Shown here: positions 24,000 to 35,698 of the stretch, in pieces | Layout: every line of letters begins with the position of its first letter | Numbering within the stretch: the stretch's first letter is position 1 | DNA from: Dimorphilus gyrociliatus | Lineage: Eukaryota; Animalia; Annelida | Direction of reading: 5' to 3' | Length of the DNA stretch: 64,000 nucleotides | Assembly: GCA_904063045.1 (NCBI GenBank) | Contig: CAJFCJ010000057.1 | Location: 1-64,000 of the forward strand | Program-made: the position numbers and the translations under genes | Notes under the pieces: generated by a model | What the model saw: only the letters and a program-made list of their open reading frames with translations | Database searches by the model: none | What the model was told of the DNA's origin: nothing

Positions 24000-25130
24000 T
24001 AACAACTACTGGAAAAGTAAAAGTGGAAAATGTTAAAACCTGGACAAAATTCTCCAGCAAAATGACATTTCATGGAATAAAAAATATTTTTACTATATAT
24101 ATAGCTATATAGCTATATACAAAGATTGTGTTATTCTCTAACCCTAACCCTAACCCTAAATCCTAAATTAAAAACAATGAGCATATGGGGATAGACCTCT
24201 CTCTAATTAATATCACTGTGTATTGAAAAAACTTCAATTATCCCAATGTCCTTTTGTTAATTTAATAAATAATCTGGTCAATCAACTCAAAACCCTATGA
24301 CAATTCTGACTATATTTTCTATTATGAATAAATAACAAGATTCTCAGAAAATGTTCACAATAGAAATATTTCAAGACTATATTATGTTTGGTGGACAAAT
24401 GATTAGCAAGAATAAAACAGCAACTTGTGATTTTACTTAAAGAGGTCTTATCTAATGGTTAAGGTTAGGGTTAAGGTATTCATTTTTTGAACAACGGCTT
24501 TATTTATAATCTAGCCAACATGTTCATTTTCAAGGTTAATAGTGTTGTTGAATTGGAGCTTTAAAAATAGTATAATATGGAAATGATTTACTTGTGAATA
24601 CTTACCAAAATATTTGGATGATCATGCTCAATATGATTAAAATTATACTGGACATCAACAATCCGATTTCATATTCAGCTGCTTTTGGAATGGTATCAAA
24701 TGTCCCTCTGAATATATTACAAAAAAAATCAGTGAATTCAGTTTCTGTTTCCCATTCAATTCTCCCCTTTCCATTCATCCACTCAGACCACTAACCGCTG
24801 CTGAACTTGGAATTGAAAAGGGTCTTTCATTCTTATTCAACATTGAGCAATATCAACATATGATTAGAGGTGTCAAAATTTTGGGACCGGTCGAAAACGG
24901 CCATAAATGAAATATTTGAAAGTTAGATTTTAGCCTGGGAAATGGTTAGGAGGAATTAGATAACTGTTGATATGTTCTTAGGAGGGTCCCATCTAAGGGT
25001 TAGGGGTATTCAAAAAGGTTAGGCAAAAACAAGGGCTGGGTTAGGGTTAGGGTAAAACCATAGATTTATGGCCGTTTTCTACCACATCCCAAAATTTTCA
25101 TACACAATGATTATAAAAGGCCACAATGTA
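24000..25130 (+). pseudogene. Inverted, decayed partial paralog of the DEG/ENaC gene
   Basis: VKTWTKFSSKMTFHGIKNIF (~24030-24085); EYLPKYLDDHAQYD*NYTGHQQSDFIFSCFWNGIKCPSEY...LSFLFNIEQYQHM..GVKI, split by a MITE, then IHNDYKRP. Confidence 0.85.
24883..25089. mobile_element. MITE family A
   Basis: TIRs GGGACCGGTCGAAAACGGCCATAAAT / ATTTATGGCCGTTTTCTACCACATCC. Perfect 9-bp TSD CAAAATTTT (24874-24882, 25090-25098). Confidence 0.9.
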
Positions 25131-25139
25131 CCTTTGTTA

Positions 25140-25509
25140 AAGGAAGTCAACAGCCTAATCATGAAGGAAAGAAAGATCTAAAAGTTGATGTTGAAATAAA
25201 AAGGGAACTGAAAAACTTATGCCAAAAAGACTTCACTACAAGTGGAAGAAAGCTGGCAGAAACAGTTCTTTTTAATAACAAGAAAAATACTGATTTTCTA
25301 CCAAACCCGAAATATTTAAAAAGGATGGCCAATTCAACCAAACAAAAGAAGAGACCAATGGAACCAAAAGATTATGACTTTGAATTAAATATGGATTTCA
25401 TACCCAACAACTTTCTGAAGAAAGACATCTGTGAAAAGAATGAAAGGATTCTTATATTTGGAACAGACTATCAGTTTGAATTGTTGAGTAAATCAGGGCA
25501 TTTGTTTGT
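25140..25509 (+). mobile_element. MULE transposase fragment (resumes at 27191-27330)
   Basis: YLKRMANSTKQKKRPMEPK...ERILIFGTDYQFELLSKSGHLFV, continuing at 27191 as ...DKKLRIVKEPFYQLLTIQSYVKKNG...PLAFIFMTSKH. Homologous to 33969-34775. Confidence 0.85.
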
Positions 25510-26150
25510 ACTTTGTTGTATTGTAATTGTAGGAATTGCTGTTTCTTCAGAACAGTATCTGTCCTTTCCAATCATTTATCAAATTACCAAGGTACTCACA
25601 CAAATAGAACCTCTCAAGTTCCTATACAAATAGTCTTAGCAAATGTACTTTCGGTAGAAATAATTCAACAAAACACGAGAAATTCGTCCAAAGAATATGT
25701 ATTGAGTAACTTAGTTTCTAGTTCTAAACAAGTATGTTTAAACAACAAGTTAATGGTTAAAGAACTGAACTGACAAACTGGGGAAATGCATTTCCTTTTA
25801 TACATTTGCCAAAGCTTGGGTTTAATTTGTCAAAAGCTTACATAGTTGAAATCTGATGGTCTCAAGTAACAAAAATATGAAAGACTGTTATGTCACACAT
25901 ATAAAATATAATCTTCAGATTAGGCCCATTTGGCCAACATGCCCCACTGCAAACTAATCCTGCATCTTCAACATATGCTATTGAATAAGATGTAACAGCT
26001 TTGACATGCATCTTTTCCATGTTAATTCCCAAGTAGCCACCATCTCTTCTGGTCAAACAGTCTATTTCCTATAGAAAAGAGTTTTTTCTTAAGTACTAAA
26101 ATCTAACTCTACAAAAGAAAAGTCTTTCTAAAGTTCCACCATTAAAATTA
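25510..26150 (-). repeat. Dispersed repeat family R copy
   Basis: Same terminus and body as the copies at 17728 and 29906. Abuts the gypsy protease. Confidence 0.8.
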
Positions 26151-26169
26151 CTACGAAATAGAAGTATTT

Positions 26170-27050
26170 CTATAGTTGCACCATTCTAATTCCTATGAAA
26201 TAGAAGAATGGGAATGAAACTTGTTTTATTGCAAAGGTGATAATGGCTCCACCCTTTCGTAGGAAGTCACATCCAAGTATTATTGCCATATCCAACTTTT
26301 CCATCATAAAGAATTCTTGCTCCATAATTCTTCCAGAAAATTGAATATTCAAATTTGATCTTTCTTTTTGCATATTTCCATCTGCTGAAGTAATTATTGG
26401 TAGGCCAGAAGTTTCATTCTTTATAAATCTTGGATCCAATAGTTTAATTTCCTTTTCTATTATAAATGACATTAATGCTCCAGTATCACATAATGCAATT
26501 ATTTCTCTTTCATTATGGTTTTTCATGCGAAATTGGAAATCTTCTCTCTCTTTAACCTGCGATGTATATTTTAAAGTGTGCAACTTTTTCTTCTCTTAAA
26601 GTTAAAAATTGCCATTTTTCCTTTATTTGTTTCTCTATCATTAGGTTCAGCATTAATAAGCCTGTTACAGACTGCTCTTTCTTCATACCTTCCATTTCTA
26701 ATTCTTTGGTTTGGTTGATATCTATTTTGAGAAAAAGATTTAAATTTATTTTCAATTTGGTTTGTGTAACTGTTATTGTTATCAAATCTCTTTTTGAATT
26801 GTTTAAATTTAATTTCTTCATCTTTTCTTGAGTTTTCAAAGAAAATTTCAGCTCTTTTTGCCAATTTAATGTATTGTGAAACAGAATTAACTCTTCCATC
26901 TCTCTCAACATAATTAACAATCTTTCATTTAAACCATTCTTAAAAATACTCAGGAGTTGAATTTCTCTAACTCTTTTTAGGAACAATGACCATTTCAGTA
27001 GATTTGAATGGTAGGAATTTTTCCACAAGTTCTTTAATTCTTCTAACAAA
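26170..27050 (-). mobile_element. Ty3/gypsy-type gag-aspartic protease fragment
   Basis: ALCDTGALMSFI...IILGCDFL is a retropepsin motif pair. An upstream frameshifted gag-like region lies at 26560-27050. Confidence 0.8.
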
Positions 27051-27329
27051 ACTTTGAACAGTTTCTTTTTTAAACTGCCTTAATTTATCAATATCCTTTT
27101 TGTAGAACGTAGGATCTGGATTGAATTCTTCATCTAATGCATCCTACATTTCATTTTCTGTGGTATAAGCAGGAAGGCTTTCAATTACTTAATCAGGGCA
27201 TTTGTTTGTTGATAAAAAATTGAGAATTGTAAAAGAACCATTTTACCAATTATTGACTATCCAATCTTATGTGAAAAAAAATGGGATCATGAAACATGAC
27301 CCCCTGGCCTTCATTTTCATGACATCTAA

Positions 27330-27778
27330 ACATATGCAACTGTCCAACCTTCGAAATTCTACTATTATTCAGGAGTAGAAAACAATAAAAACATGAGCAT
27401 ATTTAGAACTTTTCTTTGTCTTAAAATGTTACTTTTGTTTTTGTGAACATTGAAATTTGTCAACTATCAACCCTTTAAAGAGTATATAAACACTACGAAA
27501 TTAACAGTTCATAGTTCGGATTTCTAACCATCAGCTAGTTGTTTAAACTAGCTTGTTTAGAGCTAGAAGCTCATTTTACTCAATACATATTCATTACACG
27601 AAAAACTGGTGTTTTGTTGATTAATTTCTACCGAAATTACATTTGTTAAGACTATTTGTGGACGAACTTAAAAGATTCTATTTGTGTAAGTACTTTGGCA
27701 GATTGGTAAATGATTGGAAAAGACGATTACAGTTGTGATGAACCAGAAATTCCTACAATTACAATACAACAAAGTATA
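27330..27778 (+). repeat. Dispersed repeat family R copy
   Basis: Near-colinear with 10500-10946. Confidence 0.85.
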
Positions 27779-27822
27779 TTTTTACTAAAACATTCGCAAA
27801 ACACTACACAGCTTTACAAAAA

Positions 27823-28035
27823 TTGATAGAAAAAATAAAAAAAAAAGATTTCATAATCAAACCAAGCAAGTGTGCTTTCCTACAGGAATCAGTACAATTC
27901 CTTGGTCACAAGATTACACAAAATGGTATTGAAACTGATCCAGAAAAGATTCAGAAAATAAAATATGCTGAATTTCCTAAGTTTTGCAAATATCACTTTA
28001 GAGTCATTCAAAAATTCTTATTAGATCCAACATAA
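27823..28035 (+). mobile_element. Ty3/gypsy reverse transcriptase C-terminal fragment
   Basis: IKPSKCAFLQESVQFLGHKITQNGIETDPEKIQKI matches the KCxF...V.FLGH.I...G..PDP.K motif. Confidence 0.85.
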
Positions 28036-28045
28036 ACATATTCTC

Positions 28046-28400
28046 TTACTGAAAACAATTAAATGTTTCTCTCAGATATTGAATTTGTTCACCATTAAAA
28101 TTCCAACCGAAGAATCCAATATATTTCAGGGAGTTTGAAGAAGATTTGAGTCCATCATATATCACTTTAAAGCCATTCCTCATTTTACAAGCTAGTTCAT
28201 CATTCAAATCACAATCAGCAACTTTAATTGTTTTCATAGAGTTTGAAGGAGATTTGAGTCCATAACATATCATTTCAAACCCATCATCCATATTTCTGTT
28301 TGTGGATAGGTTAACATATTTTAATGATGCACATTTTTCAATAAAAAATGCTTTTCAAATTTGAAAAGAAAATTTAAGAGGTGTTTTTTGATAGTTGTAT
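28046..28400 (-). pseudogene. RNI-type LRR gene fragment
   Basis: KYVNLSTNRNMDDGFEMICYGLKSPSNSMKTIKVADCDL...GLKSSSNSLKYI. Confidence 0.75.
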
Positions 28401-28669
28401 ATATTTTGCAAGTCTTAACTAAAAAGCCTTTTTCTAATGTGTATAGTATAAAGTAGACTTCATAAAAAATGGACACTGTAAAAATATTTCAACTTGAAAG
28501 TTTACGAATGTAATTAATTTCCACATATTGTTCTTTTTAAAATTGTCTTTCTTATAGGAAATGATGGAAAGAAATTGATTACATTTGCAATGGAGAGGAC
28601 AAGAGACTGTTTGACAAATATTTTTATCTCTGTTATCCTTGTTATTTTTATTATATTTATTTAAATATG

Positions 28670-29010
28670 ATGTGGAGTGAGGACATTAGGGATCTTGTAT
28701 TCAAGAAATGCAATGAATTAGGAAAGCTACAGGTTAAAGCAAGATTTTAGGAATAGCATCCTCTTCTGTCAGACGAGGAGAATGGGGTTGTCTAAAGAAA
28801 CTTACAGAGAGAGATATAGGCAGGATGAGGAGAGCTATACAGAAAATGAAAAAAAATAGGGACAGCGTGATAGCAAGAAAAATTTTGAAAGAGTTAGATG
28901 TAGATGTTAGCTTATTAACCATTCAGAGGGAGCTGAAATAACAAAAAATTAGGTATAAGCGAGTTAGGCAAACACCTGATCTTACAACAAATAATTGTAA
29001 GAGGAGAAAA
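28670..29010 (+). mobile_element. Tc1-like transposase N-terminal fragment
   Basis: KKLTERDIGRMRRAI...ARKILKELDVDVSLLTIQRELK; homologous to 15330-15620. Confidence 0.7.
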
Positions 29011-29024
29011 GTGAAAATGATAAC

Positions 29025-29660
29025 GGCTTTGCCATATCTGCCATATAGTGTGATTAAAAATCAATTCAATGACATTTAGAATGAACTGGCAAAAGAAAAT
29101 AAACTCACTAATTTGTATGAATATGTTTCTAATACATGGATAAAAAGTTCATTTTGGCCTCCAGAGACTTAATCTGTCTTTGGTCAAAGTATCAGAAGAA
29201 ATAATGATCTGGAAGGTTACCATCACAGGCTCAACAAAATTATTGGAGAAAATGCTTCTTTCTATTTTGTCATAGATGAATTGAAGAGGGAGGCAGACCT
29301 AATTTATCTGGGGTCGACAGAAAATGTCCACAAATGAGAAATTTCAAGACAAAAATTTGGATTGAGAAATGGTTAGGGAGTAGAAAAGAGCAACTGATTT
29401 GTACTTAGGAGGGTCTCCTCTAAGGGTTAGGGGTAATGTAAAAGGATAGGTACAGCTGAGGGCTGGGTTAGGGTTAGGGTAAAAGCACTCATTTGTGGAC
29501 GTTTTCTGTCGCATCCAATTTATCTTTATAACAAGCATTTAAGTGGAAGAAACATCATTAGACTTCAAAGGAGGATTTATACCCATATTCAAAATGATCT
29601 TTTCTTAATTTGAGAAAATTTATAAAAGGGTGAAATTACTGCGAAACAGCTTCTTCAATT
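29025..29660 (+). mobile_element. MULE transposase C-terminal fragment split by a MITE
   Basis: ALPYLP...YVSNTWIKSSFWPPET*SVFGQSIRRNNDLEGYHHRLN...DELKREADLIY; homologous to 33228-33680. Confidence 0.85.
29310..29516. mobile_element. MITE family A
   Basis: TIRs GGGGTCGACAGAAAATGTCCACAAATGAG / CTCATTTGTGGACGTTTTCTGTCGCATCC. Perfect 9-bp TSD AATTTATCT (29301-29309, 29517-29525). TTAGGG repeats inside. Confidence 0.92.
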
Positions 29661-29739
29661 GCACTTTGAATTGTATTATTGAAAAATAGCTGACTATTAC
29701 TTGATATCAATAAAACTTCACATGAAAAAAATTTTCATT

Positions 29740-30710
29740 AAAACATTTGGTTAATAAGTTTCCCAACTTTTTACAAGTTTGCTGATTTAAGTTGCACCAT
29801 GAAAAATGAATATTCTTTAGTATATTTGAAGCAGAAAGAATATCTTCACAATGACTTCTAATCCAATTCCACAATTTCTGTTACCATCAACATTAATTTT
29901 TTCTGTACTTTGATGTACGGTAATTGTAGGAATGTCTGCTTCTTCTAAACAGTATTCATCCTTTCCAATCATTTATCAACTCACCAAAGTACTCACACGA
30001 ATAGAACCTTTCAAGTTCCTACACAAGTAGTCTTAATAAATGTAATTTTGGTAGAAATTAATCAACAAAATGTCAAAATTTTGCTTAAAGAATATGTATT
30101 GAGTAAGTGAGTTTCTAGTTTAAACAATCAGCTGATGGTTACAGAACTGAACTGCAAAACTGAGGAAATGTATTTCCTTTTGTACATTTACCACAGCTTG
30201 GGTTGACTTGCTCAAAGGATTACGAAGTTGAAATGTAATGGTCTCATAATGCACATATAACAAAGACATGAAAAACTATTGCATCACTTATGGCTAACAT
30301 GTGGCACTGCAAAAACAAGCCTGGCTCTTCCACATCTGTTGTTAATAATTTGTAACAAGTTTGACAATATTATAATTCCTACAACACAAAAGCCATTCTA
30401 TAGTTCCGCCATTACAATTGATACGAAATAAAAGCCTTTCTAAAGTTCTATAATATCTAAAGTCTGAATATCATTATGCTAATATCTCTAATTTCACAGT
30501 TTGAATTCTTGAACAATTTTTCAACATATTTCCTATCTGTTCAAAATGTTTGTTATGTAGATAACAACTTGAAAAGTTGATATGCTTCAAAGTATTTGTT
30601 GAAAGGAGAAGTCCTTTACAAATATTTTTTATCCCATTTTCAATATTTTCATTTCCTCCTAAATGAATTGTTTCTAATTTTGAACAAGTTTTCAGTAATT
30701 TTTCATACAT
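29740..30710 (-). pseudogene. RNI-type LRR gene fragment interrupted by repeat R
   Basis: 30710-30480 reads CSKLETIHLGGNENIENGIKNICKGLL...CSRIQTVKL. After the repeat, 29905-29740 reads EKINVDGNRNCGIGLE...LKNIHFSWCNLNQQTCKKLGNLL. Confidence 0.7.
29906..30440 (-). repeat. Dispersed repeat family R copy
   Basis: Starts GTACTTTGATGTACGGTAATTGTAGGAAT; colinear with 25510-26150. Confidence 0.8.
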
Positions 30711-30989
30711 TGTTTAAAATACTGCTAACCTTGTGCTGAAGAGAGAATTTAAAATATTTTATGCATTGACAAAAAATCTATCAACTTAATGGTTGTCAAT
30801 AAGTATACAATCATACAACATATTACCTTTCTAAAACTATCAACATTAAGCAAAACTAATGTCAACACATCTATATATTTTTGGGTATGCCTGTAAACCT
30901 GTTTTTCTTTTTTTTTGTCAGATACCCACCATCTTACTCACTAAAAATGCAAAAATCATTCATTGATCAGAATGTTTAATTCATAACAC

Positions 30990-31090
30990 TCTCCCAAAGA
31001 TTTTCATCAATGTGTGGGAAATCTTGTGGCCATCCAATGTTGTTTTCTAAAGTAGAATATTGTCTGTTGTTGAATACAAATATTTAAAAT
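30990..31090 (-). mobile_element. Possible Tc1 C-terminal fragment
   Basis: IGWPQDFPHIDENLWES resembles the Tc1 WPxxSPDLNPIENLW motif. Confidence 0.4.
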
Positions 31091-31420
31091 CTTTAAGAAA
31101 TAGAAACAAGTGTAAATCATTTCTGTTTTGCCCAAAATATTAATTTCCAAACAGATATGAATTGCTATAAAATTAATTGTAATTCTTCCAACAGAGATGT
31201 TTGAAAGGTTTTGCATAATGTACTAAATGATTAAAATATCCCTACGAATGATTTATATATTAGTTAACATATGCATGATATGTACTATGAGTACACAACT
31301 CAGTTTTGAATATCTATTCAAAGTTCATTACATATGTCAATTCAGTCCATGTTTTAGTAATACATACTGTTCTAAAAATAGAAAACAAAAGTAAAACGAA
31401 ATATAAACTGTGGTTTTTAA

Positions 31421-33016
31421 ATGGCGGCAAAACAATATGTCATCAGTGAAAATGATCTTAAATGTGCAATTTGCTTAGATTCAGTGGTGGGAAAGGATCC
31501 AAGAATACTACTTTGTCAACATACGTATTGTTTTGGATGTATTCAACAATTGGAAATGAAAAATCATGAAATCTGCTGTCCAGAATGCAGACAGACTATC
31601 AAAGTACCAAAAGGGGATATTAATCAACTTGAAAAAAATCGAATTGTATACTTAAGAATATACTTAAGATTTAATAAAGAGCAAAAGCCTTTGCAAATAT
31701 CATGGGGAAGCAACAGATATGTATTGCCAAACACATGGTATTGAAAGTTTATGTGTTTCTTGTTTGGATGACAAACATGAGACTTGTAGTATTATTTCAA
31801 TGAAAAAATTTAAACAAATGAAAGAAAAATTTGATAGATTTTTGGAAAAAGACAAAAAAAATACAACTGAGATTTTGAATAAAATTAATGAATATGAAAG
31901 AAAAGCAATAATAAAAATACAAAGAGAATATGATACTCTGAGGTTAAAGTTTTATGCACTAAATAGATTAAAGAGAGAATTTTTCCAGACATTTTCAAAT
32001 CAACAAGAAACACTTGAAAAACTTTCACAAAGATCAAATGAAAAAGAATTAGAAATTCACACAGATATTCGAGTTCGCTATAAATTTAACAATTATTTTG
32101 ATACTGTTACTAGAGGTGAAGTAAATAAGTTTAATGATTATCAATTGAAAACGTATTCAAATCTGAAAAGAGAATTAGAAAATGATAAAACTCAAATGTC
32201 TGAAACATCTATAGTTTTTCGTAAAGTTGAAGAGATGGAATATTTTTTATCAAAATATCCAAAAATATTTGTCAATTTTAAGGATTGTAAACTCAACATG
32301 AAACAATGTGAAATTATAGGAAGTTTACTACGGAAATTTTCTACGATAGAATCTATATGTCTATCCTCTAATTTGGATATGGATAATGGATTTTTGGATA
32401 TTTGTAGTGGGCTTCGATTATCATCAAACAGTTTAAAGATTCTACAGTTAAGTAATTGTTCTTTTAATGTTATACATACTAGAGAGATTGGAACTTTGCT
32501 ACAGCGTTGTACCTCAATAGAAACCATACATCTATCTGGGAATACAATGATGGACAATGGAATAGTGGAGATTTCTCTCGGACTTGTACATTTAAAACAC
32601 ACTCTGAAGGATATTGATTTATCATTCTGTAAATTAAGTAATGATCAATGCACAGAAATTGCAAAAGGGATAAAATCCTGTTCCACACTAGAAACAATAA
32701 ATTTGAATGGGAATAGAAATATGGGAAATGGAATCAAAAATATATTTGAAGGACTTCAAACTTCATCAAAAACCTTAAAGAATCTTCAAATTGAACTGTG
32801 TGATTTGAATGAGCTACAAAGCAAAGACATTGGAAATTTGCTAAAACATTGTTCTACAATAGAAACAATAAATCTATGTGGGAATACTGAAATGAAAAAG
32901 GAAGTAATAAATATTTGTAATGCTCTTCAAATGTCATATAACACTTTGAAAAATTTAGATTTATCTCGTTGCAAATTGACTAAAGGAAAAAGATCACTGA
33001 TTGAAAATTTGTTAAA
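31421..33016 (+). pseudogene. TRIM-like RING - B-box - coiled coil - RNI-type LRR gene, frameshifted and 3'-disrupted by a MULE
   Basis: C3HC4 RING CAIC...CQHTYCFGC...CPEC. B-box CKYH...YCQTH...LCVSC...H lies in the +1 frame, followed by a helical region and LRRs. A 12-bp tandem duplication (GTATACTTAAGA/ATATACTTAAGA) sits at the shift. The ORF runs into the MULE TIR at 33017. Confidence 0.8.
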
Positions 33017-35698
33017 GAGTTGGGGTGCGAACGTACCTGGGTGTGAACGTACCCGGGTGCGAACGTACCCTGGGCGGGTGCGAACGTACCCAGGTACGTT
33101 CGCACCCTATTTTTATATTTATTTTATTTTTGAATTTTTGAATAAAAGATTTAGCTATAAATCTAAAAGTATGTATTTAAAAGACTAAATATTATACTAA
33201 AAAACAATAAAGCTTGACAAATGATATTTATGCTGGAGAGTAGATATGGGATGTCTGCATTAATAGATCAATTGATGTCAATTTGTTCAACTTGAAATCA
33301 TCCCATAAATCAAAAATTTTCTTTTGGATGTCAATATACTTTTTCTTTTGATGTTTGTAAATCCTTTTTTCTGACAGTAATTTCTCATAAACTGCAATCA
33401 ACTCAGACTCTTTTTTTAGCTCATCAACCAGCATGTAAAAAGAACCTTTAGCAGGCAGCTTACTATTCATTCTTTGATGCCATCCTTCACAATCATTATT
33501 GGTCCTAATAGACAAACCAAAAACTGACCAGTTATTTGGTTTCCATAATTTATTTTTGATCCAGTTTGTTTGGAAGTATTGCAGCAGGTCCAAAAATCTA
33601 TTTTTTTCACAAAGTTCTGCATTTATGCTGTCAAATGTTGGTTGAATAATATGTGCTGGCAAGAATGGCAGAGCCATCAATTTTCTGAAATCTTTCCAAT
33701 CATTTCCTTTTTCTTTGTATTTCTTTACATAGCCAAGAGCCTATTCAATAATATAAGTTATTTAATAGATAATGTTATATATATTTGAATGTAACTGACT
33801 TGTATTTTCCTGTATACTGCTTGTGTGAAATGAAATACACAACCTTGAAATTCAGTGAGGGGATATACTTTTGATAATGCTTTCCATAGTCCTTTTTCAA
33901 AATCCATTGTAATTCTTTTTGGATGAAAATCATTGATAAGATTGTTGATATGCTACAAAAAAGCAACTTTATTTATCATCACTTTTGAAGAGATAATATG
34001 AAATATTTACTTGAAATGCTTGTAAGTATGCTTTGGTATGCTTTGAAGTCAGAAAAATAAAAACAAGAGGAACTTGCTTCATATCACCACTCTTCTTAAC
34101 AAATGAGTGAATAGTGACAAGTTGATAAAATGGTTCTTTTACAATCTTGAAAGTACCATCAATGTACCAACAGTTGGATTTTGATAATAAATTCAGCTGA
34201 TGGTTTGTTGCAAAGATTAAAATTCTTTCTCCATTTTCACAAATATCTTTCTGCAAAAATTCATCAGGCAAAAATGTTTCATCTAAATTAAAGTTGTACA
34301 CTTTAGGTTCCACTGGCCTAAACTTTTGTCTATTTGAGTTTGCCATTCTCTTCAAATAGTTGATATCAGGAAGACAAGTTGCATTGGGTTCATAGGATAG
34401 AAGAACTTTTTCAGCAATGCTTCTTCCAGATGTTTGATTATCACTTCTGCAAACAATTTTCAAATCTGTTTTCACTTTAATATCCACTTCTAAATTCTTT
34501 TTTCTGTTGTGATTATGTTCCAAATTGCCTTTGAGAAATAAATTTCCATTTTGTCTTATTCTGGCCACACATCTTTTCTTCTTACTTCTCACACTGCACA
34601 CCCAAATAGTACTTGATGGTGTTTTATGTTTAACAACAAAAGAATATCCATCATTCAGTAAAATGTCATGTCCCTTTCTACTTCCTCCTTTTACAATCTC
34701 AAAATCACTTTTTGTGGATGATTCACAATATTCTTCAGCATTCTCTTCAACTTCCTCCAAAGAGTCTAGGTCCATTGATTGTCATTCTGAAAGAACATGA
34801 TTTTCATCCTCCAATATTGATTCCTCAACTGCAGCAATCTTATTTCTTTCATCAATAAAGCTTTCTTCAGAATTTACTTTGAATTGATGAATTTCCAGAT
34901 TAGTTAACTTCTTGAGCATGACAGTACATTTTCTTTTGTTACAAGGTTTGCAAATTGGTATGTTATGTGTTTCTATAAGAATATGTTAAAAAATATAATT
35001 ACATGAAAGCTGATTAAAGAGTTACATACCTGTGCATTTCCTATGAATAAGATTCTTACAAAGGCTGCATTTCAAATATTTTTGCCTTCCATAAATTGTT
35101 GAATGACAATTGTGACATTTGAAAGCCATTTTTTAATCTTCAATCAAATGTAGATGGTTATCTAAAAATATTTCCAGTTATCAATAAATTTCCTTTCCAA
35201 ATATTCAAAATGGCTGAAATTTTATTTATGAAAAATATTCAGCTTTTTCACAATTGAATATAGTATATTACATCAAAATATCATGAATCAACAATCTCAA
35301 TGATTAGATATAAATACTCACTTCTGTTGAAGCTTCCAAGAAGAACTTTGTCCAAATTTATTCAGTAAATATAGCTTTACTTTTGCAAGGATAAATATTC
35401 CAAGTGAAAGTTTATTTAATAAAACTATCACTATTAAAATGGCTGCTATTTCACTTTCAACAACATTTTCTTTTAAAGTAGTAATAATATTGTTGGGATA
35501 TGTATTCTATTTAATATCTGCATTCTATCTAATCAATATATTAACAATTATATTATGAAGGAAAAGAAGGAAAACAGGGTGTCAATGTACATGTTTATTC
35601 AAAAATTCAAAAATATAAAAATTGGGTGCGAACATACCCAGGTACATTTGCACCCACCCAGGGTACGTTCACACTCAGGTACATTCGCACCCAACCCC
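33017..35698 (-). mobile_element. Near-complete MULE (Mutator-like) DNA transposon, about 2.7 kb
   Basis: Inverted ~85-bp termini are built of GGGTGCGAACGTACC subrepeats (33017-33106, 35624-35698). Imperfect AATTT(A)GTTAA flanks. Contains a spliced transposase gene. Confidence 0.9.
33228..35129 (-). CDS. Spliced PHD - FLYWCH - MULE DDE transposase (one in-frame TGA)
   Basis: Exon 1 CHNC...CSLC...HRKC plus exon 2 CKPC form a PHD. FLYWCH GYSF...WVCS...C...HNH. Catalytic motifs YIDGTF, MDFEKG, GCVFHF, NNDCEGWH. TGA at 34782-34784 just before the ATG at 34775. Confidence 0.85.

Noticed and set aside
24138-24160. (CCCTAA)3 as a telomere or chromosome-fusion scar
   Set aside because: Too short; similar tracts occur inside the local MITEs.
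33017-33106. Regularly repeated GC-rich units suggesting a CRISPR-like array
   Set aside because: No unique spacers; they are subterminal repeats of a MULE with an inverted partner at 35624-35698, in a eukaryotic context.
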